Source of the DNA: Dipteris shenzhenensis
Lineage: Eukaryota
Length of the DNA: 64,000 nt
Assembly (NCBI GenBank): GCA_047967505.1
Contig: CM106538.1
Strand: one strand, 5' to 3'
The position numbers were made by a program, and so were the translations under genes. Each line of letters opens with the position of its first letter. The stretch's first letter is position 1. A model generated the notes under the pieces. It ran no database searches. It saw only the letters and a program-made list of their open reading frames with translations, and was not told the origin of the DNA. Positions 36,950 to 50,779 of this stretch are shown here, in pieces.

Positions 36950-38405
36950 GGACAGCGACCCAGCTAGCTCCTTTGGTAGGTGGAGCAAGCTCCCCGTGGA
37001 GGCAGAGGAGAGACTTGGAGTCCTAGCTCACATGTGAGGTGCTCGTCAACAGATGAGGGAGATCGATTTTGCCATCCTTGAGTCTTGTTGGGAGGGACTT
37101 CACTTATGGGTGGATAGCAAATGGCTAGGACAGTTCGCCAAGACCGAGATACCGCTGAGGATTATGATTCAGCGAGGTAGCAACTGCCCCGTCTCTTCTC
37201 GTGGCTACTTCAAGCAGTGATGACTAAGGGGGACCCAGAGTCGATGGGAGCCTAGACTCGATCCACTGGCAAGTGATCAGAGTAGTGGTCATTTGTGCAA
37301 AGAGTGGCACATTGACTTCCTCACATTCTAGGGCAGGACGCTGCTAGGTGGTGCCTGTGGCTATGGGAGGGCAAGCCTCTACAGGATGTGTAGTGGGATC
37401 CGGGTTAGTGGTCTTGGCCTTCTAGGGCAAGCCACACAAAGCACATGAATGAGGTGGCCTTTTTCTCCTACACTACACACAGATGGAACGGAGGTAACGA
37501 CTTGGGCCCCTTCAAGGCGAAGGGGGAGAGGCACTGGGCAGTACAGCAGGTGCCACAGGCAAAATTTTGAACACATCTACAGTCCAACGAAGACCACCTA
37601 TTTCTTCTGGTTGGCCGCCCATGGTGGTCTACCTGTAGGTTGGTTGGAGAAGATGCGGGTGGATGGACAATGCCATTGTTGCACAAACGATCCTCGAGAT
37701 GATACCTCATTGCCTCTGGAGCTACCCTTGCGCACAAAGGATTTAGTTGGGATCCTTGTGGGATTGTGGCCCAACTATAGAGCCTACAAAGACACTTCAC
37801 CTGCAGCATGGCGGCTTGGTTGGCAGAGGGAGGCCATGCTTTCCCTATTAGACGAGGTCTCCCTTGGATACAGGATCCACAGTCAGAGCATCTAGAGGAT
37901 CAACCTTCATGAGGCAACCCCTCCTGCTCGGCTAGATTCTCCGTCTATACCAGAGGACAGCGTGTGGGAGGTAGTGGCCAGCATTGCAGCTTCGAACATA
38001 TGGGTTGCACGTTGCAGCCTTGTGATGGATGAGCACCATATCCCACCCTCAACCACTTTGGTCGCCATCTAGCAGGACATTATCTACACCTTGCGTTCCA
38101 CCTGGGAGAGTGGCACTCCAACCCCCGCAAGGCAAGGTTTCTGCAAGGCATGGCTTGTAGGCATCTTTTATATTTTCACGCCGCGAGGGATTCGCTGGTT
38201 GTATAGTCCCCCCCCCCTTCCCCGCGCGGCCCCTGGTTGTTAGCCCCTATTCTAGAGATTCCCTAGGCAGTGAGCTGAGTTCTCTAGAACAGGCTGGTTC
38301 CCTTTCAGTCAGTTTTTTGGTTTCTTTTCTCCCATACTCAGCACCTTGGGATGGTTGATTGTATGGTTGGTTTTTCAAAGCATTAATAGAAGGTTCCTTT
38401 CTTGG
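36950..38405 (+). mobile_element. LINE family A 3' portion, degenerate
   Basis: KTTYFFWLAAHGGLPVG...GQCHCC and EDSVWEVVASIA. The 3' UTR ending GCATTAATAGAAGGTTC matches the reverse complement of ~7920-7945. Confidence 0.85.
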
Positions 38406-40812
38406 GGGGAGGGGGGGGGGGGGGACAATTCAAAGATGGTTCTCATGCAAGCCCCAAAACACAAAATACCCAATCCAAAACCATGAATAAACCTTGCGAA
38501 ATCCTGGGATAAGTTACTTGTTCACAATCTAGGAGAGCCCTCTTCCCTTGCACGAAACGTGTCTTTGAAATGAGTTTAAATCATGTATACATGCCCTCTC
38601 GCCAATTTATTGTAATACCTCATGTCACAAATGCTCTGCAGGTGCGAAAAAAGTTTCTAAGATTTATGCAGCACGTTAGGGCCCCCATTACTGATTTAAG
38701 AATTGAGATTCCTCCAAGAGCCTCCAAATAGACAGCAGAACTGAACGTTTTAGAAGTATCCCTAGGAGGTGACTCATTTTCATAAACATGAGCAACAAAA
38801 TCATGAACTTTAGTGAACTTTAGGTCCAATTTCAGCAACCATGAATAGCTTTAGATATCCTATTGACATTCCTCGAATTTTCAATATTTTCACCTTACAG
38901 AATTCCAAATGGAATGTGGAGCGAATAATCATTCAAATAACATTGGGGGGTACACATTCAGTAAGCACAAATAATAAATTTCATGATCCCGTGAGAAAGA
39001 CAGATTACTTCTAGAAAATATGCAATTCTGTGGAAGAAAAGACAAGATACCAAAAGACTCTAACAAAGCCTGATACCCAATCACACCTTTTAAATAGTCT
39101 AGGCTGGGAGCAAAGCGAGGCACATTGATAGCCGAAGGAGACTCTTGTCTATAAATTAATCAGGAGTACCAAAAGCAACCAATAACTGAAAGAGACCCAA
39201 AAATAACCATATATCCAGATGAGTCCAGGAACATGCCCAAATTCATCCTCCAAAAGACAACACAGAGTGCAGTTTCAATCTCATGACAGTCACAAGGTTA
39301 AAAACCATAAACTCCATCAGCCATAGCAAGGACTAGCTACTATGACATCCCCACTGGCCTCACCTGCGCCCAACGGTGGGTGCAGACCATAATATAGACA
39401 TATCCTCACGCATACAAATCCACACACTCATACATAGTCAATTGAGCATGCAAAAATAACCATAGCATATAGAAGCAAACAGTGGGCGTAAGGGAGAAGC
39501 ACTGCCCAAAGAACCAACCCCTCCTCAGCCTCATCCTCACAAAACAGAATGCAAGTTGACCTGCAAAACCACATTAATGGTGAGTGCCACGAAGCACAAA
39601 AAGATAGCCATGCCCAGCTGAACAGTATCACTGCTCATTGTCCCAGAACACCCAGGGAAAAAGAGCATCTTGTTTCACGTAGTGAGCCAACGAACTAAGA
39701 TATACCCTTGTAAGACTAGCAGAGATCCACATTTTTGTTGTTGAGATTAAAACCCAGTATGTAAAAAAAAAGTTAGAGAAGAAGTGCCAGTTGGACTCTT
39801 GGAGAAGCAGAGGCGCACTTGCACTGACATTTGGAGAGAGCTTGCAAACAAATGACAGCATTATCGACCCACACTGAGATCTCTGATGAGAAAAGTGCAA
39901 CAATTCTTTCCTTCTAACTACACCTACCTTTCCAGGTAGATGTTCTACTTTGTATTTCAATAGCCCAATCTAAATTTACATAAAGCAGTTGACTTTTGAT
40001 AGGGATTCTGATCCCAAATAAACAGAAAACTGGGACCCCAAGGGGTACTGCATATTGCCCTGATGGGATCATGGAATACCGTACAATGATTATTCTGCTA
40101 TCAATGAGTCCCATAGAAGAAAATAGTCCCAAGGCTTGGCTTAGAATCTTTTGAACTCTTTAACTCATTATGTACACTGTACAAAAGAAGCTCCACTTCT
40201 GAAAACTTCTCACCATGCATCAAGACGCCCATCTAGCTTCACACATAGAAGGCCTTTCAGAAAAACACACCAAAAGCTCATATCGCAAAAACTCCATTTT
40301 CTGCCTGCATTTGATTACTCTGCGGGGACTTCTGAAGGCTCCCTCAACTCTTGCCATGGTGGACACCACATCCCAAATCAGCAGCGCCTAGAATTAGTGT
40401 CAAACAACGGGCAAGGGCACCTCAATCTGTGCAATCTGAAGCCTAGGTGTGTTACAGTCAATTATCCAGATTCAGTAATCTTTAGTACACCATTTTAAAC
40501 CACAAACGTTTCAACAGCAGCTTTGATTGTTCTTGGCTGATACCAGATGTCAAATTTCAACACCTAATTGGTTGTCCGATCCCCATAGAATTTTCATATT
40601 AGAGCAATCCAGGACTTCTAGCCTTGTTGACTCTCCGCTGTAAGACAAGAATATGCATACATTTCCCCATACATCTGATTCGAACCATTGAAGAACAGAT
40701 TTGATGAAATCTTTACCAAGCTTCAAAGCAAGTCTTTCCCCCCTGGAGGTCTTTTTTCTCATGCTCAGTAAAAAAATAAAATTCTGAAGATTCTTATGCC
40801 AAAGTCGACTGG

Positions 40813-43800
40813 TTATGGGTTATTCAGGTAGTCACTGGCACCTTTTGCATTAATAAAAGGCAAATCTGGGGTTGAAGGTGGAAATGAGCCCATGGCCTGC
40901 ATTATGAACTTCCGACTAGTTCTTGAGCATGGAGATGACATATCAGTGAGATTTGTGCTCCTAGACATAACACGAGGAGAAACTCTTTTCTGCTTGGGAG
41001 ACCTTGTTTTCAAGATAATGGAAGGAGCACATAAAGCACCTGGATCCTTCAAGGAGTTTGGAGTATCATCCTCATCACTCAACCAGCCAGCCTGATGAGG
41101 TAGAGTATCTGGGAGTTCTCCAAATTGACACTCTGCTCGTGATACATGGATGGAAGAGCGTGGCATGGGAGTTACTGGAGTAGTCAGTGAATTTTCTGGT
41201 ATCTGAAAATGGTAGCTGGTAGAAGGAAAAAGCGGAGGAGGACCAGCATGGACAGGAGGTAATGGAGGGACTTCTTTGTATGACAAGTCAGATGATTCTA
41301 AATCGATACATGAGGTGGAATGTCCATTGCTTGGCTGAAGTGAGGAACAGGACTTGATTCTGTCAAGGAAGAAAGTTGATTGGAGGAGAGTTTGAGGGAG
41401 GGGTGTCAGTATACAGATGTCACCAAGTCCATCCCAACGAGGTGAGAATTGCCCCAGCTTTGCAACTTTCGTTGTGCATGCTGGTTGGTGACAGTATGTA
41501 TTTGCTAAGCCATTGCTTTCTTCTCCTGTCAATGACATGAAAAGTCTTGATGGTGATCTGAAAGGCATTGGTGCTGGGATTGAAAACAATTGAGAGAGGG
41601 GTTCTTCGGATCGGTAACACCTGTCAGAACTGGACCTCAGCTCAAATGTAGACCTGCATTCCCTGCAACCCCAAATAAGATATTTTAATTAGATTCCCGT
41701 GGTAATTATTTTCTCATTCTTTAAATTCAGAGCACAAAGTTAGAAGCACAAGGTTCAATTAAGATGATCAGATTACAAAGGTTCCTGGTTATGGCCCAAT
41801 CTCAGATGCCCATGAACTTAAATTTCAGAACTCATATCTACAATTAAAGGTTAATACGTAAAAATTGCCTTTACCAGCAGACTCTCTGCTAATATCGACA
41901 TCTTGAATATGCTAGGGCTATCCTTGATGCAACTTTAAGAATACAGAGCACCACAGGTTGAATATGGGATAATTTGCAAGGAGAGCACAATTTTATAAGG
42001 AAATTAAATAAATGTAATACATTTATTATCAGTGTATGCCACGCGAAAAAGGAGTTATTCAACAAATTTGGCAGAAAAATGACAGAAAGAAGTAATTCAG
42101 AAAGATGCAGCTCACAAGGACTAGGCCTGCTATAACAGTCAAAGCTTCACTACATCTTCAGGCCTTAAGATTCCAAAATATATTCCAGCAAATGATAGCA
42201 TACTTCAATCTTTTGTTCCAATGAGAAAGTACCATGAGTCAGCAAGGCAATAATCAAAGAAAACTGAGACGTCACAGAACATTTGTCTGTTGCAAGTAAC
42301 CAATAAGCATTTTTTTCTCCCCAGATATCATTAGTTGTAGACAGGGTTTCCTAAGCTGAAGCACTTATCTGCAAGGTTTGCTCTGTACCTAATTGAAGTT
42401 ACAAGTGTATACAGGCTCACATTGTAAGTGTGGAGGCTGAGATAAGTTGTACCTAGCCACATGCAAGGATTGTACTCTGCGCAACTGCGCAAGTAGTTAA
42501 TGTTAGAGGGATGGCCTGTCATTCTAAAACCGGTACCTGTCACACTCCTCCTGCCAAACCCAAGGCCTGTCAAATGTGGGATGGCCAACCAAATAGGACC
42601 TCACAGTCAGTCAGAATGAGACCATAAAAGAAGATCCCCGGGGTCTTCCCCAGGCAGCTTCTGTAAGGATCTTTTTTTCTTAGGGAGTGGAATGGCTCCC
42701 TGTTTTTCTCGGACTACTCTGCAGGGTCATACTTCTATTAATTCCTTTCTTGGGGGATAAAAAAATAGGACACAAAACAAGACCAGCTGTCCATCCACTT
42801 CATCCCGTGAAATTCTAATGGCTCAAGCGTGCAAATAACTAGCTACGAAAGGCAATGCAGATAAGGCAAAATGTTCAAGACGATACAATGGCAGCAGTCT
42901 TCATGTAACCCAACAGCAAAGGGTGCAATGTTAAACGCTTTCTCTGAAAACTTGCTTCCAAGACCCGTCTCCTACATCGAGGCTGCACACAAGCAGCTTG
43001 CATGGCAAAACCTAGCTCCGCATCTTTCAACTCAGTGCTCAAACATATCATCATGTGCCTAGCTAGTGGCACTCTAGTCTCTCATACCAAATGAAATTTT
43101 GATTAACCCTCCTCAGACAGCTAGTTCTCCCTCCTACCTTCGTCATTTTGGGCCATTTCTCCCTCACTCTCTTCCCTCATCCTTTCTTCCTCCTTGGTTC
43201 ATCCCACATCTCTCTCCCTTTGCTTTTTCTGAGCCTGGGTGGCCGCTCAACTTTAGACAAACACTTTAGTTAAAATTCCCATCTCAACACTCCAGTCTGT
43301 TTCCTCTCTCGTCCTATTCTCCAATTCTTCCCTTGATCCTATTCTCTCCGGCGTTCAGGGTTCCTACAAGCTACCATGGCCACAAGAGGTAGAATGTGTA
43401 TGGCAGGACATCTAGCACAAAGAAGGCTGTATGCAAGTTTTGTGCAATGTGATCAGCCCCTTGAGTTTGAGCACACTTTTTATGGGAGGAAGGCCCTCGT
43501 ATGAAGAGTTTCCATGCCATTCTTAAAGGAAACTTTTTGGCACATGGAGGTACACCAGCAGAGATTTGGTCCTTCCTCCATCTTAGAGCGACGGATCAGG
43601 TTGTTCAAGCTAAGGTATTGATAGAGCAGCAGAAAGAGGGCATAGAGGCAACAATTACATCATCCCATTCAGATATGTGGAGGGTTTGGGACATGACGAG
43701 ATGCTCCATTGACATCGCGGGTACATAAGAGTACATCTACTAAGAATGGCCCACTAGTTAGTCCCATGTATCCATACTTATTGGGATTTCCACTACCATG

Positions 43801-46800
43801 GCAGTTCCTCCACGACCTCCTGCCAGGAGGACACATCTGCCAATAGCATCCCATAGAGCCTACTTGGACACTTGCCTAAAGCAAGAGGCTGAAAATGCAA
43901 AGAATCAGATTTTCTTTTCTTGCAACATTCCCTTTCATGTTACGAGGAATCCTATCTACAAGAAATTAGCTACTGCTAAAGTCGGAGCATCATCCCTTGC
44001 ACTTGCAAGTTCTAAGGCTCTCCACACCACACATCTGAAGAAGCAAGTGGGGTTAATCAAGAGATACTTGAAAGGACTCAAGGAGGCTTGGGCTCGGTAT
44101 GATTGCACCATAGTCTCTAACAGATGGGAGTGGCACAAAGAGGAGGCACATGATAAATATTTCGGTGACAAGTGGGAAGCATCTTGATGAGGGTGGGTTG
44201 TTGCCTTGACACCAAAAGCACCACCATCATATGAAAACCCTACCCTAGCATCTTCTCACACTGAGATAATCAAGAGATACTTGAAGCAAGTGGGGTTAAT
44301 CAAGAGATACTTGAAAGGACTCAAGGAGGCTTGGGCTCGGTATGATTGCACCATAGTCTCTAACAGATGGGAGTGGCACAAAGAGGAGGCGCATGATAAA
44401 TATTTCGGTGACAAGTGGGAAGCATCTTGATGAGGGTGGGTTGTTGCCTTGACACCAAAAGCACCACCATCATATGAAAACCCTACCCTAGCATCTTCTC
44501 ACACTGAGCCAATAAGGACACCCATCTATTTGATTCATTTAAATTTCCCATTCATATTACACGGACTTAGATGAATGATGTGTTGTGCTTTTCTAGGGTA
44601 GGTTAAGCAAGCAAGATATTTTACATATGCAATATGACGAGCGAAAAAGCATCTGGTTAAAAATAGCAAACAAGATAGACTTTAGACCTTATTCCTTAAT
44701 CAAGTCATTGGATCCATATTGGCTCCCTTCTGACTCTCGATATCTGCTCCTAGCACAATATAGTGTCCTAACTAGAGCATGCAAAAGTGGATAGAGCTAA
44801 TTATGACATCAAGAAATTCAAAGTTGACAATAATCTCAAAGCCCTAGACCATATTTGAGAAAAAAGAAAAGAGATTGAAAGAGAATGCATCAAATTTCAA
44901 TAGGTGAAATCAAAAGGCTCATGTTCTCACAAACTTAAGTATTAAGGATAATAAATGTTAATGACCACTTAAATCAAGTGTGAGAACATGCCAAATTTAT
45001 GGTCATTAATTTACTACACAATATATAGCCTTGTTGGCTATAGGTGTAAGAATAACCCTAATATAGTCAAAATCTAAACAATATGATAACTCCAAATGTC
45101 TTCATGATGATAGTAAAGCCAATCATGGAAACAAGGAAACCAAGATGAACAATAAATGTTATTATTGTGGAAAGCCTAACATTTTTCTTTTGGGTGTAGG
45201 AAGAAAATTTACAATATAATAACCCAAAACAATCTTTACAAAGTTTTACCAATAACTGAACCAACCAATTTGGCTAACTACACGAGTCATGGTTTATTGT
45301 GCCATGGGCTTCTAGCTATTTCACTTCTCACAAAGAGTGGTTCTTGGATCTTGAGAAGGGAAACACCAATAAACAAAGGTAGGGAAGTACCATAAAGATA
45401 TAAAAAAGATGTATGGGATATGTATAACGTTTTTGTATGCACCGAGACTATTCTGTTTGTCAGTGCTATAACAAATAAAAATCAGAAGTAGAGTTTCACA
45501 AGGACATATGTCTCACTAAGACGAAGGTGAGTTGATAGCTAAAAATGTCGAGGCCCCTATCTAAATTCACAACCATATACCAGACTTCAAAACCTATCTT
45601 TCTTTAGTACATAGAAAAACAGACAGACAGCATGAAACATTTGGATATCTAAATTATATAGTCTTGTCCTAACAAAAAGGAAAGTCAAAGTATATAGTAT
45701 GCCTCATCTATCACATAAAAAGATGATAGGCAAAAAATGTACCATATGGAAGATATAGCATAAAAATATTCCAAAGAAAGCACCAAGGAAGAACATCGTT
45801 GAGTTGATACATATTGACTTGTATGCTATGGTAGCAGAACAAAAATAGCATGTATGGTAAGACTCTTAAATTGGATAAAAGAGAAAGTATAAGTTAATGG
45901 AGTTTGTCGAATTCTAGAAAGAGAGAAGAATAAATAGACAGCATACTACTTCAGACACTCCCCAACAAAATGGTAATGTTGAATGTGTGTATAGAACACT
46001 CAAGGACAAAATGAGGAGTATTATTAAAGGAGGACTATACTGAATTTCTGATGAAAGTACAAAAGCATGCATCCATAATGCAATCCAACCAGAGATGTCT
46101 TAAATAAAACTCCTAAAGATTTACAGATCAAAAGCCTAGTAGATCCTAGTTATATGGCTTTTGTCTATAATCCTAATGCCGCTAGAAAGAAACTTGTTAG
46201 GTATTGTAATGGTCATAAATCTTACAAGGCTTGGAACCCTAAAACAAAGAAGATCATTACTCTTATTGGTCTCACATTCAGCCCAAGCTACCCGAAGAGT
46301 CAAACGGGAGTGGATCCTATGAGCAGGACACAGAAAACCCCAACAACTTCGATGCAAGGCTTTAAGAATCTGCTTTGGTATTAACAATTCATATCACGTG
46401 TGCAAGCAAGAGTGGCATTTTGCTTGTTACTATCCTTTAATAAAAGTCCTATGCAAGAAGCCAAATGAGCAGAAACTCTATTTTGCAAAGCATATTTCCT
46501 TAGTTTTAATCTAATTTGAGCAGTCTAGCTTTGCTCCCACGCTTTTTTCCTGTCCCACCACTCTGTGGATGCTATGTCAAATGTCCTCAATCATGGTTCT
46601 CTAAAGATTGCGAATGCTACACCTTGTACTGTCTAGATTCAATGCCCTATGGCACTAACAAAACTTATCATCAGACCTGTATGAGAATGGCCACCATGGC
46701 CAAAATCAATGTCCTTCCTATAAAAGGAAGACGATGATTCTCATCCAGTCTTACTAACCATCATTTTATGTTCAGATAGATCACAAGAGAGTCAAATGGT

Positions 46801-47937
46801 GTCATGCACACCCAAAGCCTCTTACATATATCAAGGAAAGATGCAGCATTACGAGTGGTGGATGTCAAAGCCTGAGGGAGCCCGAAGAGCTCCATTAGAG
46901 TGCAATAAGGCAGTGACGTAAGTGTTACTGAACTTGAGGCTGATGATGCATTATGCCCATTAAATGTTCTAGGTAATATTCCATTAATCCACTAGATACT
47001 TCCCGTTGTACTGAAGTAGACTCAAGTCTTCTGTTATACTTTCTTCTCAACATCAAAATAGCAAACAAAAAGTCTCACCACGAATGGTCCAAAGAAGGTG
47101 TGATTGGCGAAAGATCCATGTTTTGCTGCTCCTCTTGATGTCCAGATTCGTTGATCAAACCTAATGGACTAACTAGATCATAATTTGATTCTTTTTCTAG
47201 CACAGCCACTTGGTGTTCTTTATCCTCAACATCCTCTGAGCCTACATGAAAAGGAAAAACAGGGTGAGTGATGCCTCTAAAGATTATCTTTGTTTCTTTC
47301 TGTTACAAATGCAAGGAGACACAGAAACTGCATACACACCCTCTTTCCTGCCATAGATATTTTTACAACTATCACACCTACAACCATCTGCACAGCCTAC
47401 ACCAGCCTGCAAGGTCGACATTAGAAAAGTCAGATGACATATTTGAATGACAACAAAAATGATCCACATTGGCTGCTGCAATATATGGGTGGATACTTAC
47501 CTGGTAGCATTCACAGTACTTCTTTAGGCATTGAGACTTCTTACAATTGCAGCCCCTTTTATGGCGTGCAGATGCAGGAGTGTCAACATAATCTTCCTAT
47601 TTATACAAAACCAACATTAAACATTTGGACATTACTCTACGTGTCAAACATGAGAAAGTGAATTAATCCTCTTTTCTTTGGTTACTAAAAGAAGCTTATG
47701 GTACACAAGCTAGAACATTGAGAAACATGCAATAATTCTTAACGAGTTTGAACGCTTACCCCAATACTAGGAGACGTATCTGATGCTCGAACGACCTTGG
47801 GTGCAAAAGCAAGAGGGTTTCTTGTTTCTATCTGCTGACGAGTCCCCAATACCGTTTCCTCAAATTCTGGTCTGTTGAAGCAACCATGGCAACTACAGTC
47901 TACACAATAAAGTCCAGCAGCAAAGCATTCACAGTAT
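40813..47937 (-). CDS. TSO1/TCX-like tesmin CXC-domain (CPP family) protein, 3' five exons (47760-47937, 47501-47596, 47340-47406, 47079-47241, 40813-41662); 5' exons not found in window
   Basis: All introns are GT-AG with matching phases and the frame stays open. Sequence includes [21 protein letters not shown] (CXC1 second half), RNPLAFAPK linker, [38 protein letters not shown] (CXC2), and C-terminal LSPITPS, FSPRWDG, KRVSP and SFPPSTP motifs. Confidence 0.93.
43400..44510 (+). mobile_element. hAT transposase fragment with a 243-bp tandem duplication, intronic
   Basis: [18 protein letters not shown] and [13 protein letters not shown] (hAT W..GCTI.SDGW-like). The duplicated block starts at 44041 and 44284. 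Confidence 0.65.
44600..46450 (+). mobile_element. Highly degraded Copia gag-integrase remnant, intronic
   Basis: Traces of CYYCGKP (zinc knuckle), WFLD (protease), ELIHIDL and PQQNG (integrase). Confidence 0.5.
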
Positions 47938-50209
47938 CTGCACAGCAGATAACAGTTTCGCGCAGTCAATGGTGGCATCATATTCTAAGGCCCTCCAATG
48001 GCAACTTGGATAGTGTAAAAAGTGTGCAGATACAGAAACAAAGTCAAATCCACCTTTGAGAATCAAGGTTCCTATAACCTTGCAGAAAAAGCACTCAGCG
48101 AATCATAGACAAGCTAGCAGCAGTTGCAAATAATCAGAGGCTCCCAAATATTCTCTTCTCCATGTTTAACTACGACTCGTTACTCCGAATTTTAAGGAAG
48201 ATCAGCACAAGAGGAAAAAGCTGATGACAATCTCTGAAGATAAGATGTCCCTCACTATAAGATCTTCTGAAACAAGGCATGATATGGCAGCACACTGAAA
48301 TCAAATGGAAGTACAATCTTTATCACATGTCCATTCAAAAAGATTGCCAGAAATAATATGAGGGTGTGGAAAAGCCCACAGTCCGACATAAATTGCATGG
48401 GAAGAGAAAATCTGAAACCAAACATGCAAAAGGAACGAGAATTAACATTCTACAGCATGCGCCAAAAAGCCAACAGTTCATCTCTATCGAAAGCTATATC
48501 CATCCAGAACCAGGGGGTGTTTAGTGCTGTCTCATGCCATGCTTAGTAAAAAGCGGAATTTCGCAATGCAACACCCTGAGAAAGCAAACTGCTCTATCAA
48601 TGCTTACCTAGACTAGCCCTTGAATCCATCAAAGGCAATGACCTTAGCGACAGTAATCTAACATCAAGAAGTTATAAATAACGAGTGGAAATTCATGCAC
48701 CAGATAAATCTAGGCTAGGTGCACCCCAAAAGACAATGCTTTTCCAACGTAGCTACAATGCAGCAACACAGGCACAAAGGGATTGGACTATCCCCTGTAA
48801 ACAGGTTGCAACAGCAATGCCTTTACATGTCCTGAGCAAAGGGATTCAAGTGATCTTTCTGTATAGTATACTTTAATTATAGATCTACATCAAAATACCG
48901 ATGTATCTACATCTGCATATGATTATATTACATCCACATGTCTACACTAGCAGTTTTGTAAGGGTCTACCTCTATTAGTTGGGACACATACCATGTACAT
49001 AGTAGAATTAGAGGAGTGCTGGTTCTGATTATTTTGTATCACCAATGCCAGTGGAGGTCATTAATTGTAATCCACTAACCATGGCGATTGTGCCATCTAG
49101 CGAAACATTTTGATAGAATGAGCCTTGTACACTTTCAAAGAGCAATAGATCTATTCTTTCTAGTCAGTTGGAACCCATTGTGATAGGCTTGTCCTATTCC
49201 CCTATTAGGATTTACTGCATCACGTGCTCTCTTGGAGGATGATGTATTTTGATCCTACAACGTTTTATCTTTGTTTCGTTATGGGTTGAGCTTAGGTTAA
49301 AGTTATACATTCCTACTTGGGTTGAGGCTAATTCCAAATGGAGTTGAGAGTCGGCTTGCCATCACTTGTAGGACGAGGTTGAAAGAATGAGCTTTCCTTA
49401 ATGGGTGACGGGATTGCTCTTGACGTTTAGGGTTGATTCTTGTTGTTGTTTACACCTAAATGAAGTGCAAGTCCTATGGATTGAGATTGCCATCATGAGC
49501 AGCGTTGAGATTCAAAGGGCTTCTTTCCTTCATGCATCAAGATTGTTCATCTCTGGGGTCAGAAGTACTATTTCTTGAGATTGAGGTGCATGGATTCTCT
49601 TAGTTAAGATTTGATAAGTACGAAACGTAAGGGTGACAATAAATTCTCCTTTGATGAATGAGGAAGCATTGAATGGGAATAGCCTAGGAAAGGAAACAAA
49701 AAAGAAGGATGACAGTGGAGGATAGCAATGGCTACAATGTATTCCTTGACACAGAGACATGTGCTATGTACAACAAAGAAAACCATTCTTACTATTATCA
49801 TGTGCAAGGATGCAAAGAGAACCATTGTTGCTATTGTAATGTGCAGGGATACAGGAAGCAAGGTCGTCCTTACTACAAGAAGCAGCAAGGAGATGGCCAC
49901 TACAATTGGCCCAATTTCAGCCTTAGCCCTAGCCAAAATAACTTATGTTGTCATCAAGGGGATTGAGGATCACCAAAAGGAGAAAACTCGTTAGTTTCCA
50001 CCATGTTTTAGTTCTACAGCTAGATCAATGGTGAAAGAGTCCTAATCTTGGCGGGAGATGCTCAGTAGTAGGCTTCACTACACCCAACAATTATCCATCT
50101 ACAACCCCCATCGGTTTTGTCAAGCAAAAGAACAGCACAACCAAGATGTGTGTGCATTATCATGCACTCAACACACTCATAGTAAAAAGTCAATATCCTA
50201 TGTCCAGGA

Positions 50210-50770
50210 TTGACTTTTGACTCAATGGAATACAGAGGTTTCAAGAATAGATATGATGAGTGGGCATCCTCAAAGCCGGATCTAGAAGCAAATATACTCA
50301 AGTTGGCTTTTCACATAGAGTATGCCCAAGAATTTGTGGTCATGCACATCAGTTTCAGTAGATCATTGGCCACATTTAACAAAATGATGCGGTTTTTCAA
50401 TAACCTTACTCGCAAATGTGCCTTTGTGTGTCTTGACAACAGATTGATCTTCTTTAAGGATCCCACTCAACATAAGCATCTCAAACAAGTTCTCCAGCTC
50501 TTGGAGAAGGTGTACTTGGGTGCAATATCCATCCCTCCAATGTCTGTTAGATCTTGCAAAGATCAAGCACACTATCCAATGAAGTATGCCTACAAATGCA
50601 CAAAAGCCACATATGGACTTTTTTCCAAGCCTACCACAAGCATATTAAGGACTTAGCAAAAATTATAGTTCAATTACTAACCTACTAAAGTGCTTGAAGA
50701 CAAAGAAGCACCTCATCACCTTTCCTCCAAAGCAATTGCAGCCTTCAATCTATTAAGGAAGAAGTGGTTG
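50210..50770 (+). mobile_element. Degraded Gypsy RT remnant
   Basis: EFVVMHISFSRSLATFNKMM...FVCLDNRLIFFKDPTQHKHLKQVLQLL resembles the Gypsy RT VMPFGLxNAPATF...YLDDILI region. Confidence 0.55.
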
Positions 50771-50779
50771 CATGTGGGT

